This document shows positions 18,403 to 29,200 of a stretch of DNA of 32,000 nt, one piece after another. The DNA is taken from assembly GCF_000341395.1 (NCBI RefSeq), contig NC_020304.1, positions 3,900,001 through 3,932,000 on the forward strand, given 5' to 3'. The notes beneath the pieces are model-generated. The model saw only the letters and a list, made by a program, of their open reading frames with translations. It did not search any database and was not told where the DNA came from. The stretch is from Desulfocapsa sulfexigens DSM 10523 (GTDB taxonomy: Bacteria > Desulfobacterota > Desulfobulbia > Desulfobulbales > Desulfocapsaceae). The position numbers and the translations under genes were made by a program. Position 1 is the first letter of the stretch, and the number at the start of each line of letters is the position of its first letter.

Positions 18403-20582
18403 GTGATGATTTTCTAAAAAAAAGCAGCTTGCTGCAAAGCAGGATCGAACCCTATGGCTGGCTTTCCAAAACCGGCCTGCCTTCGCCCTTCGCCTCATGT
18501 GTGGCACCGCTCCTCACTGCTCTTTCCTGGAACGGAGAAGTGCATCAGATCTGTGAATCCCTGCCCCACTACCCTGACCAGATCGACCGAGTGGATTTCA
18601 TTAACACCATGGCAAATCTGAATTATCAGATTCAACATGCCAGCGTAAAACAATTAACAGGTTTTGATGCACGCCTTGCCCCCTGCCTCGTTGTTGTCAA
18701 TGAGGGGGGAGACCAAGAGATCCCTTATATTGTCTTTAGCGACTCAAAAAGTACTCTCCACGCCTTCGATGGAAAAAGTCAGGAATGTGTTCCCTTTACT
18801 ACAATCACAAAAAGCAGTGGAACAATTTACACTTTTCAGGCCCTCGATGAGAATGGACTGGATAAAAACAAACTGAACCAGCAGGTCCATGAAAAACCGA
18901 GCCGCTGGGCCCGGTTTCTGGGCAGCCGCTTTACTCCTGTCTTCAAGCAGATATTTGTTTCAAGTTTTGTGATCAATCTGCTGGCCCTTGTATCATCACT
19001 TTTTGTCATGGCCGTATATGACAAAGTAATCGGCAACAATTCCCCTGACACCTTGTATTTCTTAGCAATTGGTGCACTTATGGCCATAGGTTTCGAGTCT
19101 TTGCTTCGCTACCTGCGCGCAAGAAGTCTTGCCTTTTTCGGGGTTCGCCTTGACTCCATTATCACCCAATCCATTTTTGAGCGTCTCCTGTATCTTCCAC
19201 CCCGTATCGTGGAAAGTTCATCCATTCCGGCACAGATTGCCCGCCTGAAAGATTTCGACTCCGTCCGTAATTTCTTCTCAGGCCCCGTGGGGACGAATCT
19301 GGTTGAAATTCCCTTTACCCTGATTTTTATTTTCACCATTTATTTTATCGGAGGACCACTGGTACGCATTCCCATTCTTCTGGCGCTTTTTTATTCTTTA
19401 CTCGGGTTCATCATGCTTCCCCGGATTCAGAACTGCACTGAAGAGGGAGCCGTTGCCAGCGTTCAGCGACAGACGCTCATGGTGGAAACCATGCAGAAAT
19501 TCAGACCTATCCGTATCCATGGCGCCATGGATACCTGGTTTGAGCGCTTCAGGAAACTCTCGGGTATCTCAGCATACACCTCCTTTAAAAGCTCCCAGCA
19601 GACAGCATTTGTGGAAGCAATTGCCTACGGACTTTCGGTCGGAGCGGGTGTAGGTACTCTGGTTTACGGTATCTTTCTGGTCTGGGAACAACAAATCACA
19701 ACAGGTGCACTTATTGCCAGTATGATGCTGGTATGGCGAGTTATTTCTCCCCTGCAATCCATCTGCAACTCTCTGGTGCGTATTCGTTATATTTTCCGCA
19801 GCGTGGGTCAGGTGCACAAACTCTTGCGCTCGGCCCCTGAAAACAGTACTACCCTTTCTGATCAACCATTCACTATCACCGGAAATATTTCATTCAGTGG
19901 CGTGGGCCTGCGCTATACTGCAGATCGAGGAGCAGTCTTCAGCGGAATGACGCTCAACATCAAGGCAGGTGAAGTTGTTGCCGTGGCAGGTCCCAGCGGC
20001 TCCGGGAAATCATCTCTGCTGAAAATCATTATAGGCCTCTATCCACCGCAGATGGGTGCAGTACTGATAGATGGGCTTGATATACGACAACGGGACCCCA
20101 TAGCACTGAGGCGAAATATTGCCTATACCCCGCAAACACCGGAGCTTTTTCACGGCTCAATCGAACAAAACCTGCGCATGTGTAAACCCGACGCAACCCC
20201 TGAAGAACTCAACAACTGTTTATACCTTGCAGGGGCACTCGACGATGTCAATCACTTTGAAGAAGGTATCTCGTACTTTATTGGAGACTACAAATCTGAA
20301 CAACTCTCCACCACCCTCACCTATCAGTTAACACTGGCACGCACCTACCTAAGGGATGCATCTATCTTTTTATTTGATGAAATGCCGCCAACACTTCTAG
20401 GAAAAAAAACCGGCATATTTTTCCGTGAATTCTTGCAGAACAACCGGGGCAGCAAAACCATGCTCTATGTAACGGACCACGAAGAAGACATACTCAAGGC
20501 TGACAAATTAATCTATCTGACCGGAACCGGTCAGGTGCTGATCGGAGATCCTGCCGAACTACTGACAGCTCTCAAAAAATAA
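18399..20582 (+). CDS. type I secretion ABC permease/ATPase, subunit 2 (with N-terminal C39-like domain)
   Basis: About 150-aa soluble N-terminus, TM region (IFVSSFVINLLALVSSLFVMAVYDKVIGNNSPDTLYFLAIG), NBD with intact Walker A GPSGSGKSS and Walker B IFLFDE, but LSTTL at the LSGGQ position. ATGA overlap with the previous gene. Confidence 0.93.
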   Translation: MSDDFLKKSSLLQSRIEPYGWLSKTGLPSPFASCVAPLLTALSWNGEVHQICESLPHYPDQIDRVDFINTMANLNYQIQHASVKQLTGFDARLAPCLVVVNEGGDQEIPYIVFSDSKSTLHAFDGKSQECVPFTTITKSSGTIYTFQALDENGLDKNKLNQQVHEKPSRWARFLGSRFTPVFKQIFVSSFVINLLALVSSLFVMAVYDKVIGNNSPDTLYFLAIGALMAIGFESLLRYLRARSLAFFGVRLDSIITQSIFERLLYLPPRIVESSSIPAQIARLKDFDSVRNFFSGPVGTNLVEIPFTLIFIFTIYFIGGPLVRIPILLALFYSLLGFIMLPRIQNCTEEGAVASVQRQTLMVETMQKFRPIRIHGAMDTWFERFRKLSGISAYTSFKSSQQTAFVEAIAYGLSVGAGVGTLVYGIFLVWEQQITTGALIASMMLVWRVISPLQSICNSLVRIRYIFRSVGQVHKLLRSAPENSTTLSDQPFTITGNISFSGVGLRYTADRGAVFSGMTLNIKAGEVVAVAGPSGSGKSSLLKIIIGLYPPQMGAVLIDGLDIRQRDPIALRRNIAYTPQTPELFHGSIEQNLRMCKPDATPEELNNCLYLAGALDDVNHFEEGISYFIGDYKSEQLSTTLTYQLTLARTYLRDASIFLFDEMPPTLLGKKTGIFFREFLQNNRGSKTMLYVTDHEEDILKADKLIYLTGTGQVLIGDPAELLTALKK

Positions 20583-20599
20583 CAGGTAAGCAAACCATC

Positions 20600-21904
20600 A
20601 TGGCAAAAAAAACGAAACATGATAACAACCAGCAGCTTCGGCTTCTCGGGCTCACAGCAGTACTTGAAGAGGCGACCACTCCGTACCTGATCCGCACCTC
20701 AACCCTTATTGTTTCAGTGGCATTTCTTTCCTTTCTGGTCTGGACAGGTTTTGCTAAAATCAAAGAAGTGGCAAGAACCGTAGGAGAGATCGTACCATCC
20801 GGTCACATTCAGGTCATTCAGCACCTTGAGGGAGGGATCGTTGATGAAATTCTTGTGGAGGAGGATGACCTCGTCAATCCCGGCCAGGTTTTGCTGCGAA
20901 TTCGTGGAGAATCCATAAAAGCCGATCGCGCCCGCCTAGTCACCAGAAAGAACCTTCTCGAACAACGTCATGCCCGTCTCACTGCATTTCTAAACGACAA
21001 GACCCCTTCTGATCCTTCTCACTCGGACAATGCTATCCTCTCTGGAATGTTCCTTGCTCAAAACGACGAGATTCAGGTATTAAAAGAACAGATTGTTCAG
21101 AAAAATGAACAAATAAGTCTCCTCAAACGTGAACAGGCAACCATCCTGAAAAATCTTTCAATTGCCAAAGAATCTTTCGAGACTCAAAAAAAACTTTATG
21201 AGGAACGATTAGTTCCCCAAACGAACTACCTCAATGCTCTGCAGGAAATCAATGCCCGAAAAGGACAGCTCGATGCCATGGTTATCCAGATCAGACAGGC
21301 TGAACAGGCAGTTAAAGAGTTTGAGTGGCGCCTCCAGTCACAGGGTTCCAAAAGCAAGGATAATGTTCTGCAACAATTAGCTGTACTTGAGGATGACCTT
21401 GCAGAAAACAAGGATTTAATTGAAAAACTCAATCAGCAAATCAGTCGTCTGGAACTCAAATCTCCTACCTATGGTCTTGTCAAAGGACTCGAGATCCATA
21501 CCATTGGAGGTATTATTCCACCTGGTCAATCCCTGATGGAAATAGTCCCCCTGGGTGAGGAACTGGTTGCAGAAGTCAAGGTGTCACCGAACGATATTGG
21601 CCATATAAAAACGGGTGACCATGTCACGGTAAAGGTGACTACTTTTGATTTTTCCCGCTACGGATCCATAGATGGTACATTAACCGCCCTATCAGCAACA
21701 ACATTCACAAACCCACAGGGAACACCGTATTATAAAGGTATGATAAAACTTAGTAAACACTATGTTGGAAATGACCCAGAGATGAACAAGGTTCTCCCCG
21801 GTATGATAGTCAATGCAGATATTATCACCGGTGAAAAAAGCCTGCTTGCCTACTTATTAAAGCCTATTCACCGCTCGTTGAATTCGGCATTTATCGAACG
21901 CTGA
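20600..21904 (+). CDS. HlyD-family periplasmic adaptor (type I secretion membrane fusion protein)
   Basis: Single N-terminal TM (LIRTSTLIVSVAFLSFLVWTGFAKI), GEIVPSGHIQVIQHLEGGIVDEILVEEDDLVNPGQVLLRI lipoyl half, coiled coil, LKSPTYGLVKGLEIHTIGGIIPPGQSLMEIVPLGEELVAEVKVSPNDIGHIKTGDHVTVKVTTFDFSRYG. Confidence 0.96.
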   Translation: MAKKTKHDNNQQLRLLGLTAVLEEATTPYLIRTSTLIVSVAFLSFLVWTGFAKIKEVARTVGEIVPSGHIQVIQHLEGGIVDEILVEEDDLVNPGQVLLRIRGESIKADRARLVTRKNLLEQRHARLTAFLNDKTPSDPSHSDNAILSGMFLAQNDEIQVLKEQIVQKNEQISLLKREQATILKNLSIAKESFETQKKLYEERLVPQTNYLNALQEINARKGQLDAMVIQIRQAEQAVKEFEWRLQSQGSKSKDNVLQQLAVLEDDLAENKDLIEKLNQQISRLELKSPTYGLVKGLEIHTIGGIIPPGQSLMEIVPLGEELVAEVKVSPNDIGHIKTGDHVTVKVTTFDFSRYGSIDGTLTALSATTFTNPQGTPYYKGMIKLSKHYVGNDPEMNKVLPGMIVNADIITGEKSLLAYLLKPIHRSLNSAFIER

Positions 21905-21959
21905 CAAGCCAGGATAGCACTCCATTTTAATTTTAATTTAAAAAAAATCTCAAAATCAT

Positions 21960-22898
21960 ATGACTATCACACAGGATGCTCCTCTTTCAATACTTGCCGT
22001 AGATGACAATCCAACCACACTACGCCTCCTCGAAACCATGCTGAAGCGTAATAAATTCGATGTTCGCACTGCCGTAAATGGAGTCGAAGCCATGGCTGTT
22101 CTCAGCGAGTCTCATGACACCATTGACATTATTCTTCTTGACAGAATGATGCCTGAGATGGACGGAATCGAAGTCTGTAATGCCATGAAGGCGGATGAAA
22201 ATCTACGCCACATCCCCATTATAATGCAAACCGCAGCGGACCGCCCTGAAGAGATCAGTGAAGGAATTGCAGCCGGAGTCTTTTATTATCTCACCAAGCC
22301 ACTGAATGTTGAAATGCTGCTCTCAATTGTTGAGGCTGCAGGAAAGCAGATCCGCCGCCACAGACAGTTGCGCCACGAAATGGAACGACGCAAAATCAGT
22401 TTTGGTCTTGTTCAGATTCTGAAATGTACCTTCAGGACATTGGATGAAGCCGAAGGACTTTCCATATTTTTGGCAAACTATTTTGATGATCCCGACAGGA
22501 CCCTCACCGGTATTTCAGAGCTTCTGGTAAATGCGGTGGAACACGGAAACCTTGGTATCAGCTATGCGGAGAAAAGTGAACTGGTGGCAGAAAAAAAATG
22601 GCAAAACGAGATCAACAACCGCCTCAACGATCCACGCTATGGAGATCGAAGGGTAACTGTGATATTTGAACGTAAGGAAAAAGCCTGCTATATCCAGATT
22701 ACCGACGAAGGGGATGGCTTTGACTGGAAGCAATACATGGAGGTTGATCCCTCACGTGCCATGCACAATCACGGTCGTGGAATTGCCATGGCCAACATGC
22801 TCTGTTTTAACAAACTGGTATACAATGAGAAAGGAAATCAGGTTACCGGAATAATAGAAAGCGATACAAGAGAGGATAAAGACGATTTTTGGGATTGA
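21960..22898 (+). CDS. response regulator with C-terminal HATPase_c (RsbW/anti-sigma-like) domain
   Basis: REC: SILAVDDNPTTLRLLE...DIILLDRMMPEMDG...IIMQTA...TKPL. HATPase: GISELLVNAVEHGN (N-box), QITDEGDGFDW (G1), HGRGIAMANMLCF (G2). Confidence 0.88.
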   Translation: MTITQDAPLSILAVDDNPTTLRLLETMLKRNKFDVRTAVNGVEAMAVLSESHDTIDIILLDRMMPEMDGIEVCNAMKADENLRHIPIIMQTAADRPEEISEGIAAGVFYYLTKPLNVEMLLSIVEAAGKQIRRHRQLRHEMERRKISFGLVQILKCTFRTLDEAEGLSIFLANYFDDPDRTLTGISELLVNAVEHGNLGISYAEKSELVAEKKWQNEINNRLNDPRYGDRRVTVIFERKEKACYIQITDEGDGFDWKQYMEVDPSRAMHNHGRGIAMANMLCFNKLVYNEKGNQVTGIIESDTREDKDDFWD

Positions 22899-23071
22899 GA
22901 TGAAGCCCATTTCACTTTCGTAATCTGGAGTACAGAACCTTCTAGGTATTTGCCTAGGTGTTTTGCCTAGGATACGGCTAATCACCTAAAAATACATGGA
23001 CATTGCATTCATTCCTTTCACAAGAAACAACGGAACGCTTATTGCATCACCCAACCTGTAACCACAACAAC

Positions 23072-23153
23072 TGATAGCAGTTTGCCAAACTCATCGTAAG
23101 GTGAGGACGGAAAGCCACGGGTCCTTTAGAGGATAGCCGGGTTGCCAGCATCA
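23072..23153 (+). promoter_or_regulatory. GEMM-I (cyclic-di-GMP class I) riboswitch aptamer
   Basis: P1a TGATaGC(23072-23078)/GCATCA(23148-23153); P1b CTCATC-GTAA-GGTGAG (23090-23105, GNRA loop); core GCCAAAC...GGACGGAAAGCCACGGGTCCTTTAGAGGATAGCCGGGTTGCC resembles the GEMM-I consensus GGCAAACC...GGGACGCAAAGCC...AGCCGGGTTGCC. About 70 nt upstream of a large surface-protein ATG. Confidence 0.87.
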
Positions 23154-23174
23154 AGGGGTAACCCGGTTTTTTTT
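23137..23174 (+). terminator. intrinsic terminator forming the riboswitch expression platform
   Basis: CCGGGTTGCC (23137-23146) pairs with GGTAACCCGG (23157-23166), 10 bp with one G-U, followed by 8 T (23167-23174). The 5' arm is also the aptamer 3' strand. Confidence 0.9.
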
Positions 23175-23220
23175 GTGTTCGCCATACTGTTTATCCAAAA
23201 AATAGAGTATCGGAGTCCTT

Positions 23221-26200
23221 ATGTCTTCAGAGAACAATCCAGTTAGCTCTTCTTCCAGCCCCATTGGCAATTCAACAGAGAATACTCAACAGGACTGGAT
23301 GGATCTTGACCAGCAGGGAGTAGCAGGAGAAACCCTTAAGGCAAAGAAATGGACGACCCAGCGACGCCTTGTCGACGATGCATCCTATCAAGGCAACATT
23401 CATACAGGAACTGAAGCGACTACTGAGCTGAATAAAAGCGACACTCTCTCCGGGGATGCCCTGAACTATCAGTCAATTGCTAATGAAGGTAAAGAGACAC
23501 AGGACAACAACGGCCCAGAGGAATTTTCAGACGAATCCCAACGGGGCTTATCACCCGACATGGATTCCCTGAACAGAACCGACACACCATCGGCCACATC
23601 TGCAGCATACGAACATACGACTGAAGCTGAAAGTCTTGTTACATCCAGCGGAAGTGACACACTGAAATTTGAAGAACATATTGATGAAGCCAAATCACAT
23701 GGACGCACTGCGACTGAAAACAAATCTACAACACGATTGGCCCAGCCTGCAGCAACAGAAACGCCTCCGGAAGATCTCCCCCTGGAGAATAGCAGTCAGG
23801 AAAGGAACACAGCCACCGTATCGGAGTTACAGCAGAAATCAGAGATTAGTGACGCTGTTGATCCCTCCACACAAACACCCACCACAGCTCCTGGATCTGC
23901 CCCTGAACCTGTACCTGACCATGAAATAATCACAGAAAGTAGTGCATCCGCGCCTATTTTGACCACAGCTGATGCTATCGGTGTCGAAGATACAATGATA
24001 GCAATTGATATTTCAAGTCAGCTTACAGACACCGACGGTTCAGAATCCCTTGCTATCACCATAGGCGGTGTTCCTGAAGGAGCATTCCTTTCAGCCGGTA
24101 CAAGCCTTGGTAATGGAGAATGGCAGCTCACTCCGGATCAGCTCGAAAATCTCAGCCTGACACCACCTGCCAATAGCGACGAAGACTTCAGTCTTACGGT
24201 CACCGCAACCAGCACAGAAAGCCATGGCGGTCAGCAAAACTCCAGATCTGAAATCATCGATTTTTTTATAGAAGCTGTTCCCGACACGCCAGAGCTAACA
24301 ACTGTCGCCGCAACCGGCACAGAAGACACGGCAATTACCCTCGACATCAGCACTGCTCTCACCGAGCTTGATGGTTCAGAAATACTCTCAGCAATCACAC
24401 TATCAGGCCTTCCTGAAGGTTCCATTGTATCCGCCGGAACACAAAACATTGATGGTTCCTGGAGTGTTGCACAAGACGACCTTGAAGGACTACAGCTCAC
24501 TCCACCAAAAGATTATTCCGACAATTTTGAAATCAATTTGTCGGTCACGGCAACCGATTCCAATGGTTCCACTTCAACCAGCACTGCAGTCCTTCCAGTC
24601 ACTATCACAGCAGCGCCCGACGAAGCAGTTATCAGTGGTAGTGGAGCTATACTTGCCGAAGATACCCTTCAAACAGCGTCAGGTCAGTTGACTGTTGTTG
24701 ATCCCGACGCAGATGAGGCCCACTTTACCGCTGAAACGATTGAAGGAACATACGGTTTTCTTGACGTTGCGACAGACGGATCGTGGACATACAATCTCAA
24801 CAACGACGCTGACACAGTGCAGCAGCTCGGTACTGGTGATACTGTTACCGATACCCTCACGGTAACTTCTGCTGATGGCAGTACCCATGATCTGGTCATG
24901 ACCATAACCGGTACAAATGACGCCATTAGCGTAGTGTCAGATAGCAACACAGCACCAAACACTATTATGGAGAATGCCGCAGACGGCACAGAAATCCACC
25001 TCTCTGGACTGGCAACCGATGCAGATGGAGACGCCATACTCTATACACTCGTAGATGATCAAGGAAATGAAATCACCAATGGTCCATTTAGTATTAATAG
25101 AGAAAGTGGCGTTGTTACTCTTCAGGATCGTAGCCTGATAGACTACGAAACTGAAAGCAGTCACACCCTGCATATCCAGGCAAGCAGTGCAGACGGCACC
25201 TCGAGCACCAGTGATTTCCAGGTACAGATTGAAGATGTTGACATTATCAAAACAACCGATCTTGGTGGTGATGTAAATGGCACTGCTGTTACCTTTACAG
25301 TAACAGGAGATCATTACGACCCAAAAAACATTCAAGATGTAGGTGCCGGATCCCCCCACTACCGTATCAGGGTCAACGGCGAACCTCTGGAAATTGACGG
25401 CCAGAACACTTTTTCAGTTGAAGCCAACCGTGGCCATATTGAAGATAACCATGTTGTCCGAGACGGAAATGATGTGGAACTGGTGACTTTCAGGGTACCC
25501 CAAGGAACTGATGTCGATTCTGTTTCAATTGAATTCATTAACGATGCCTATGATACCTCCAGTGACAGGGATGGTGACGGAATCACCACCGAAGATCGAA
25601 ACCTTGTAGTAAAAGAGTTGAATATCGGAGGCACTGTCAACGATGACGGAAGTATTGACGGAGGCACGACCTTGCAGGCTGAGGATATCGAAGTGTCCCA
25701 ATACATTGCCAGTAATGGTGCTGACGTCTCTGGACGCGAAGTTATGCCATGGCAGGGAAGCATGACCTTTTATCCGGATGGTGTGCCACAGGAAGCACCC
25801 ATATTGGTCGATGATAACGCAAATATTTCAGAAGACAGTGCTGTAGTTCTTACAGGCAATATTTTATCCAATGATACCGATGCAAACAACGGGAGCAACT
25901 TCAGTGTGACTGGATTATCTGGAGTCACTGTTCTCCAGGATAATTTCGATGATGGCAATGCTGATGGCTGGGTAGAAATCAGTTCCAATGGCGCTGATAC
26001 TGATAGATGGCAGGTAGTTGACGGGGCTATTGGTGAAAAAAGCAACTCAGCAAAGGGAATCATGGCCCATGACATGGGGGATTCTGCCGACAGCACCAAT
26101 TACGAGGTATCAGTTGATATACATGCCAATGCCGGGGATACGTACAATAACAATGTTGGCCTTACCTTTGGTTATGAAGACAATGCCAATTATTACATGA

Positions 26201-29200
26201 TTAAATGGGATGACTACTCCGACAACTATTCAGAAAGCAGCACCCACAAAGATTTTCAGCTGATCAAAGTTGAGGATGGCCACCAAACAATAATTGACCA
26301 GATAGATCACGCCGAATTACCCAGTGATTTCACATTATCAGTCAATGTATCCAACGATAGCGGCATATCAATATCTGTTGACGGTGAAGAAAAACTCAGA
26401 GCTGCAGATGAACATCCAGCCATCAACACAATTGGCCTCAATACTGGCGATAACGATAGCGGTATCAGTTATGACAATGTATCGGTTATTAATAATGATA
26501 TTCCAATAGAAGATACAACATCTATTGACGGTACCTATGGTACATTAACCCTTAACCAGGATGGCAGTTATTCTTACGAACTCAATGATGCCAATAACGA
26601 TGTACAAATGCTTCATGATGGTGAACAGCTCACAGAGACCTTCGCTGTCAATGTCCTTGAAAACCACTCAGGAGAAGCAGGAACTGAAACACTGAACATT
26701 ACCATTAATGGAAGCAATGACGGCCCCGTTGCAATAAACGACAGTACAGTATCAGAACTCGCAACAGTCTTCCAGGATGATTTTAACGATGGCAATACTG
26801 ATGGCTGGACTGAGATTAGTTACAACGACGCTGATACTGGCAATTGGCAAGCTGTTGATGGTGCTATTGGCGAAAGAAGTAATTCCGCAAGAGGAATCAT
26901 GGCCCATAACATGGGTGATGATGCAGAAAGCACCAATTTTGAAGTTTCGGTGGACGTTCATGCCAACTCTGGACAAACTGGAAATAATAATGTTGGAATT
27001 ACATTTGGATATGAAGACAACAGTAATTACTACATGGTCAAGTGGGATGATTACTCCGAAAACTACTCAGAAAGCAGTACCCATAAAGATTTCCAGTTAA
27101 TCAAAGTTGAAAATGGCCACCAAACAATAATTGATCAAATAGATCAGGCAGATCTGCCCAGTGATTTCAACTTGTCAGTAAATGTGTCCGACGATAATGG
27201 TATAGCTATTATGGTTGATGGTAAAGAAATGCTGACAGCAGTAGATGAACATCCTGCTATTAACACGATCGGCCTTAACACTGACGACAATGACGGCGGC
27301 ATCAGCTACGATAATGTCTCGGTTAAAGTAGCATCCGACCAGACAATTGTGACCGACGAAGATAGTTCCATTGTTGTCACTGCTGACAGTCTCCTTGCCA
27401 ACGATACAGATGTTGAGGGAGACACTCTGTCCATTTCCGCTGTATCCGAAAATGTGCTTGATGTTGATGGCAATATTGTTGGCACCGCCTCCCAGGATGA
27501 CAGTGGCAACATCGTATTCACCCCTGGTGATGCCCTTGATGCTCTTGCGGAAGGTGAGAGTACAAATGTCAACTTCACGTACACGGTCAGTGATGGCCAG
27601 GGTGGAACTGATACAGCCACCGCTACGATCACCGTCACAGGAAAAGATAACGACCTCACCTATGTTTCTGAATCAGCTGGCTATAAAAATGTCGTCGGAA
27701 TGTATGAAACCGACGACCAGGGCAATCCTGTCAGTGGTACCGTGATAATCGACGATCAAAATGGCATGGCAGGTGGCACCCATCTTGCCGATCTGGAACC
27801 TGGCAATTATGAATTTTTCATTATAGCCAACGGTGCAAATGAGGTGGATACTGAGAGCAGTATCAGCTTTGATACCAGCGGAGATAAACCAATACTTTTG
27901 ATTGATGGAGAACCCGCTGCCCACCCCGTCTATTTCACCGAACCAGGTTTTAACCCTGACGGCAAGGATCATTTTCATTTCGAATCAGACGGTGAAGGTG
28001 GCACCTTCATCAAGATAGAAGACTTACCCGACCTTGGGGATGCTGATTTTGAAGATGTGGTGCTTCACACCAACTTCGAGATGGATGACAGAACAGCCAG
28101 TGGCGAGCTTTCTGACGGTGATCAGGCAGCAAACAGTGTGGTGGAAAATACTGCTCCAGAGGCCATCGCTGACATAGCTGACATCAAAGCCTTTGAACTA
28201 CCCGAAGGCGGCAGTATTGTCTCAACGGAAAGCAATACCATCGTGGTCAAAGGTGAAATTGTCACTGAAGGTGACACGGGGTCGAGTGTTGACCAGTGGA
28301 CATTTCACCATGGCGGAGGACCATTGACCATCGATACCCTTTCGGAGAGTGGCACAAACTTCACTGACATTGACGGTGACGGTGCTAAGAACCACATCGA
28401 CACCATGATGCGTCTCTATGACGAGGACGGGAACCAGGTCGCCATGAATGACGACAGCAGCATGCAGACCGGTGACGGTTCAACCAATGATTACTTCTCT
28501 CATATTCAGGACTCCTATATCCAGGTCGATGATCTGCCTCCCGGTAATTACTCTCTTGCCATCGGGTCCTGGGAGCTTACCCAGGATGAAGTAGCAAATG
28601 GCCATAACGACAACTCTGATCAGAATATACGCTATGACCATGCCCAGGATACCGGCCCCTATCAAATAACCCTCACAGGAGACGTATCCTTCTCAGAGGA
28701 AAGTCCTCTTGCCACTGATGAAGACACAGGACTCACCATCAACGCTGACACCCTTCTTGCTAATGATAGCGATGTTGATGGGGACAGCCTCAGTATCGTG
28801 GCAGTGGGTACACCGGTGGATGCAGACGGCAAGGTGGTGGGAACCACCGAACTTGTAACAGAAAACGGCGAACAGCAGATTCGCTTTGTACCGGGTGCTC
28901 AGCTCGATTCCCTTGAAACTGGAGAATCAAGCAGTGTCAGCTTCAGTTACACCATCGATGACGGCCAGGGGGGGACCGATACAGCCACTGCTACGATCAC
29001 CGTTGCAGGAACAGATAACGACCTCACCTATGTTTCTGAATCAGCTGGCTATAAAAATGTCGTCGGAATGTATGAAACCGACGACCAAGGCAATCCTGTC
29101 AGTGGTACCGTGATAATCGACGATCAAAATGGCATGGCAGGTGGCACCCATCTTGCCGATCTGGAACCTGGAAATCATGAGTTTTTCATCATAGCCAACG

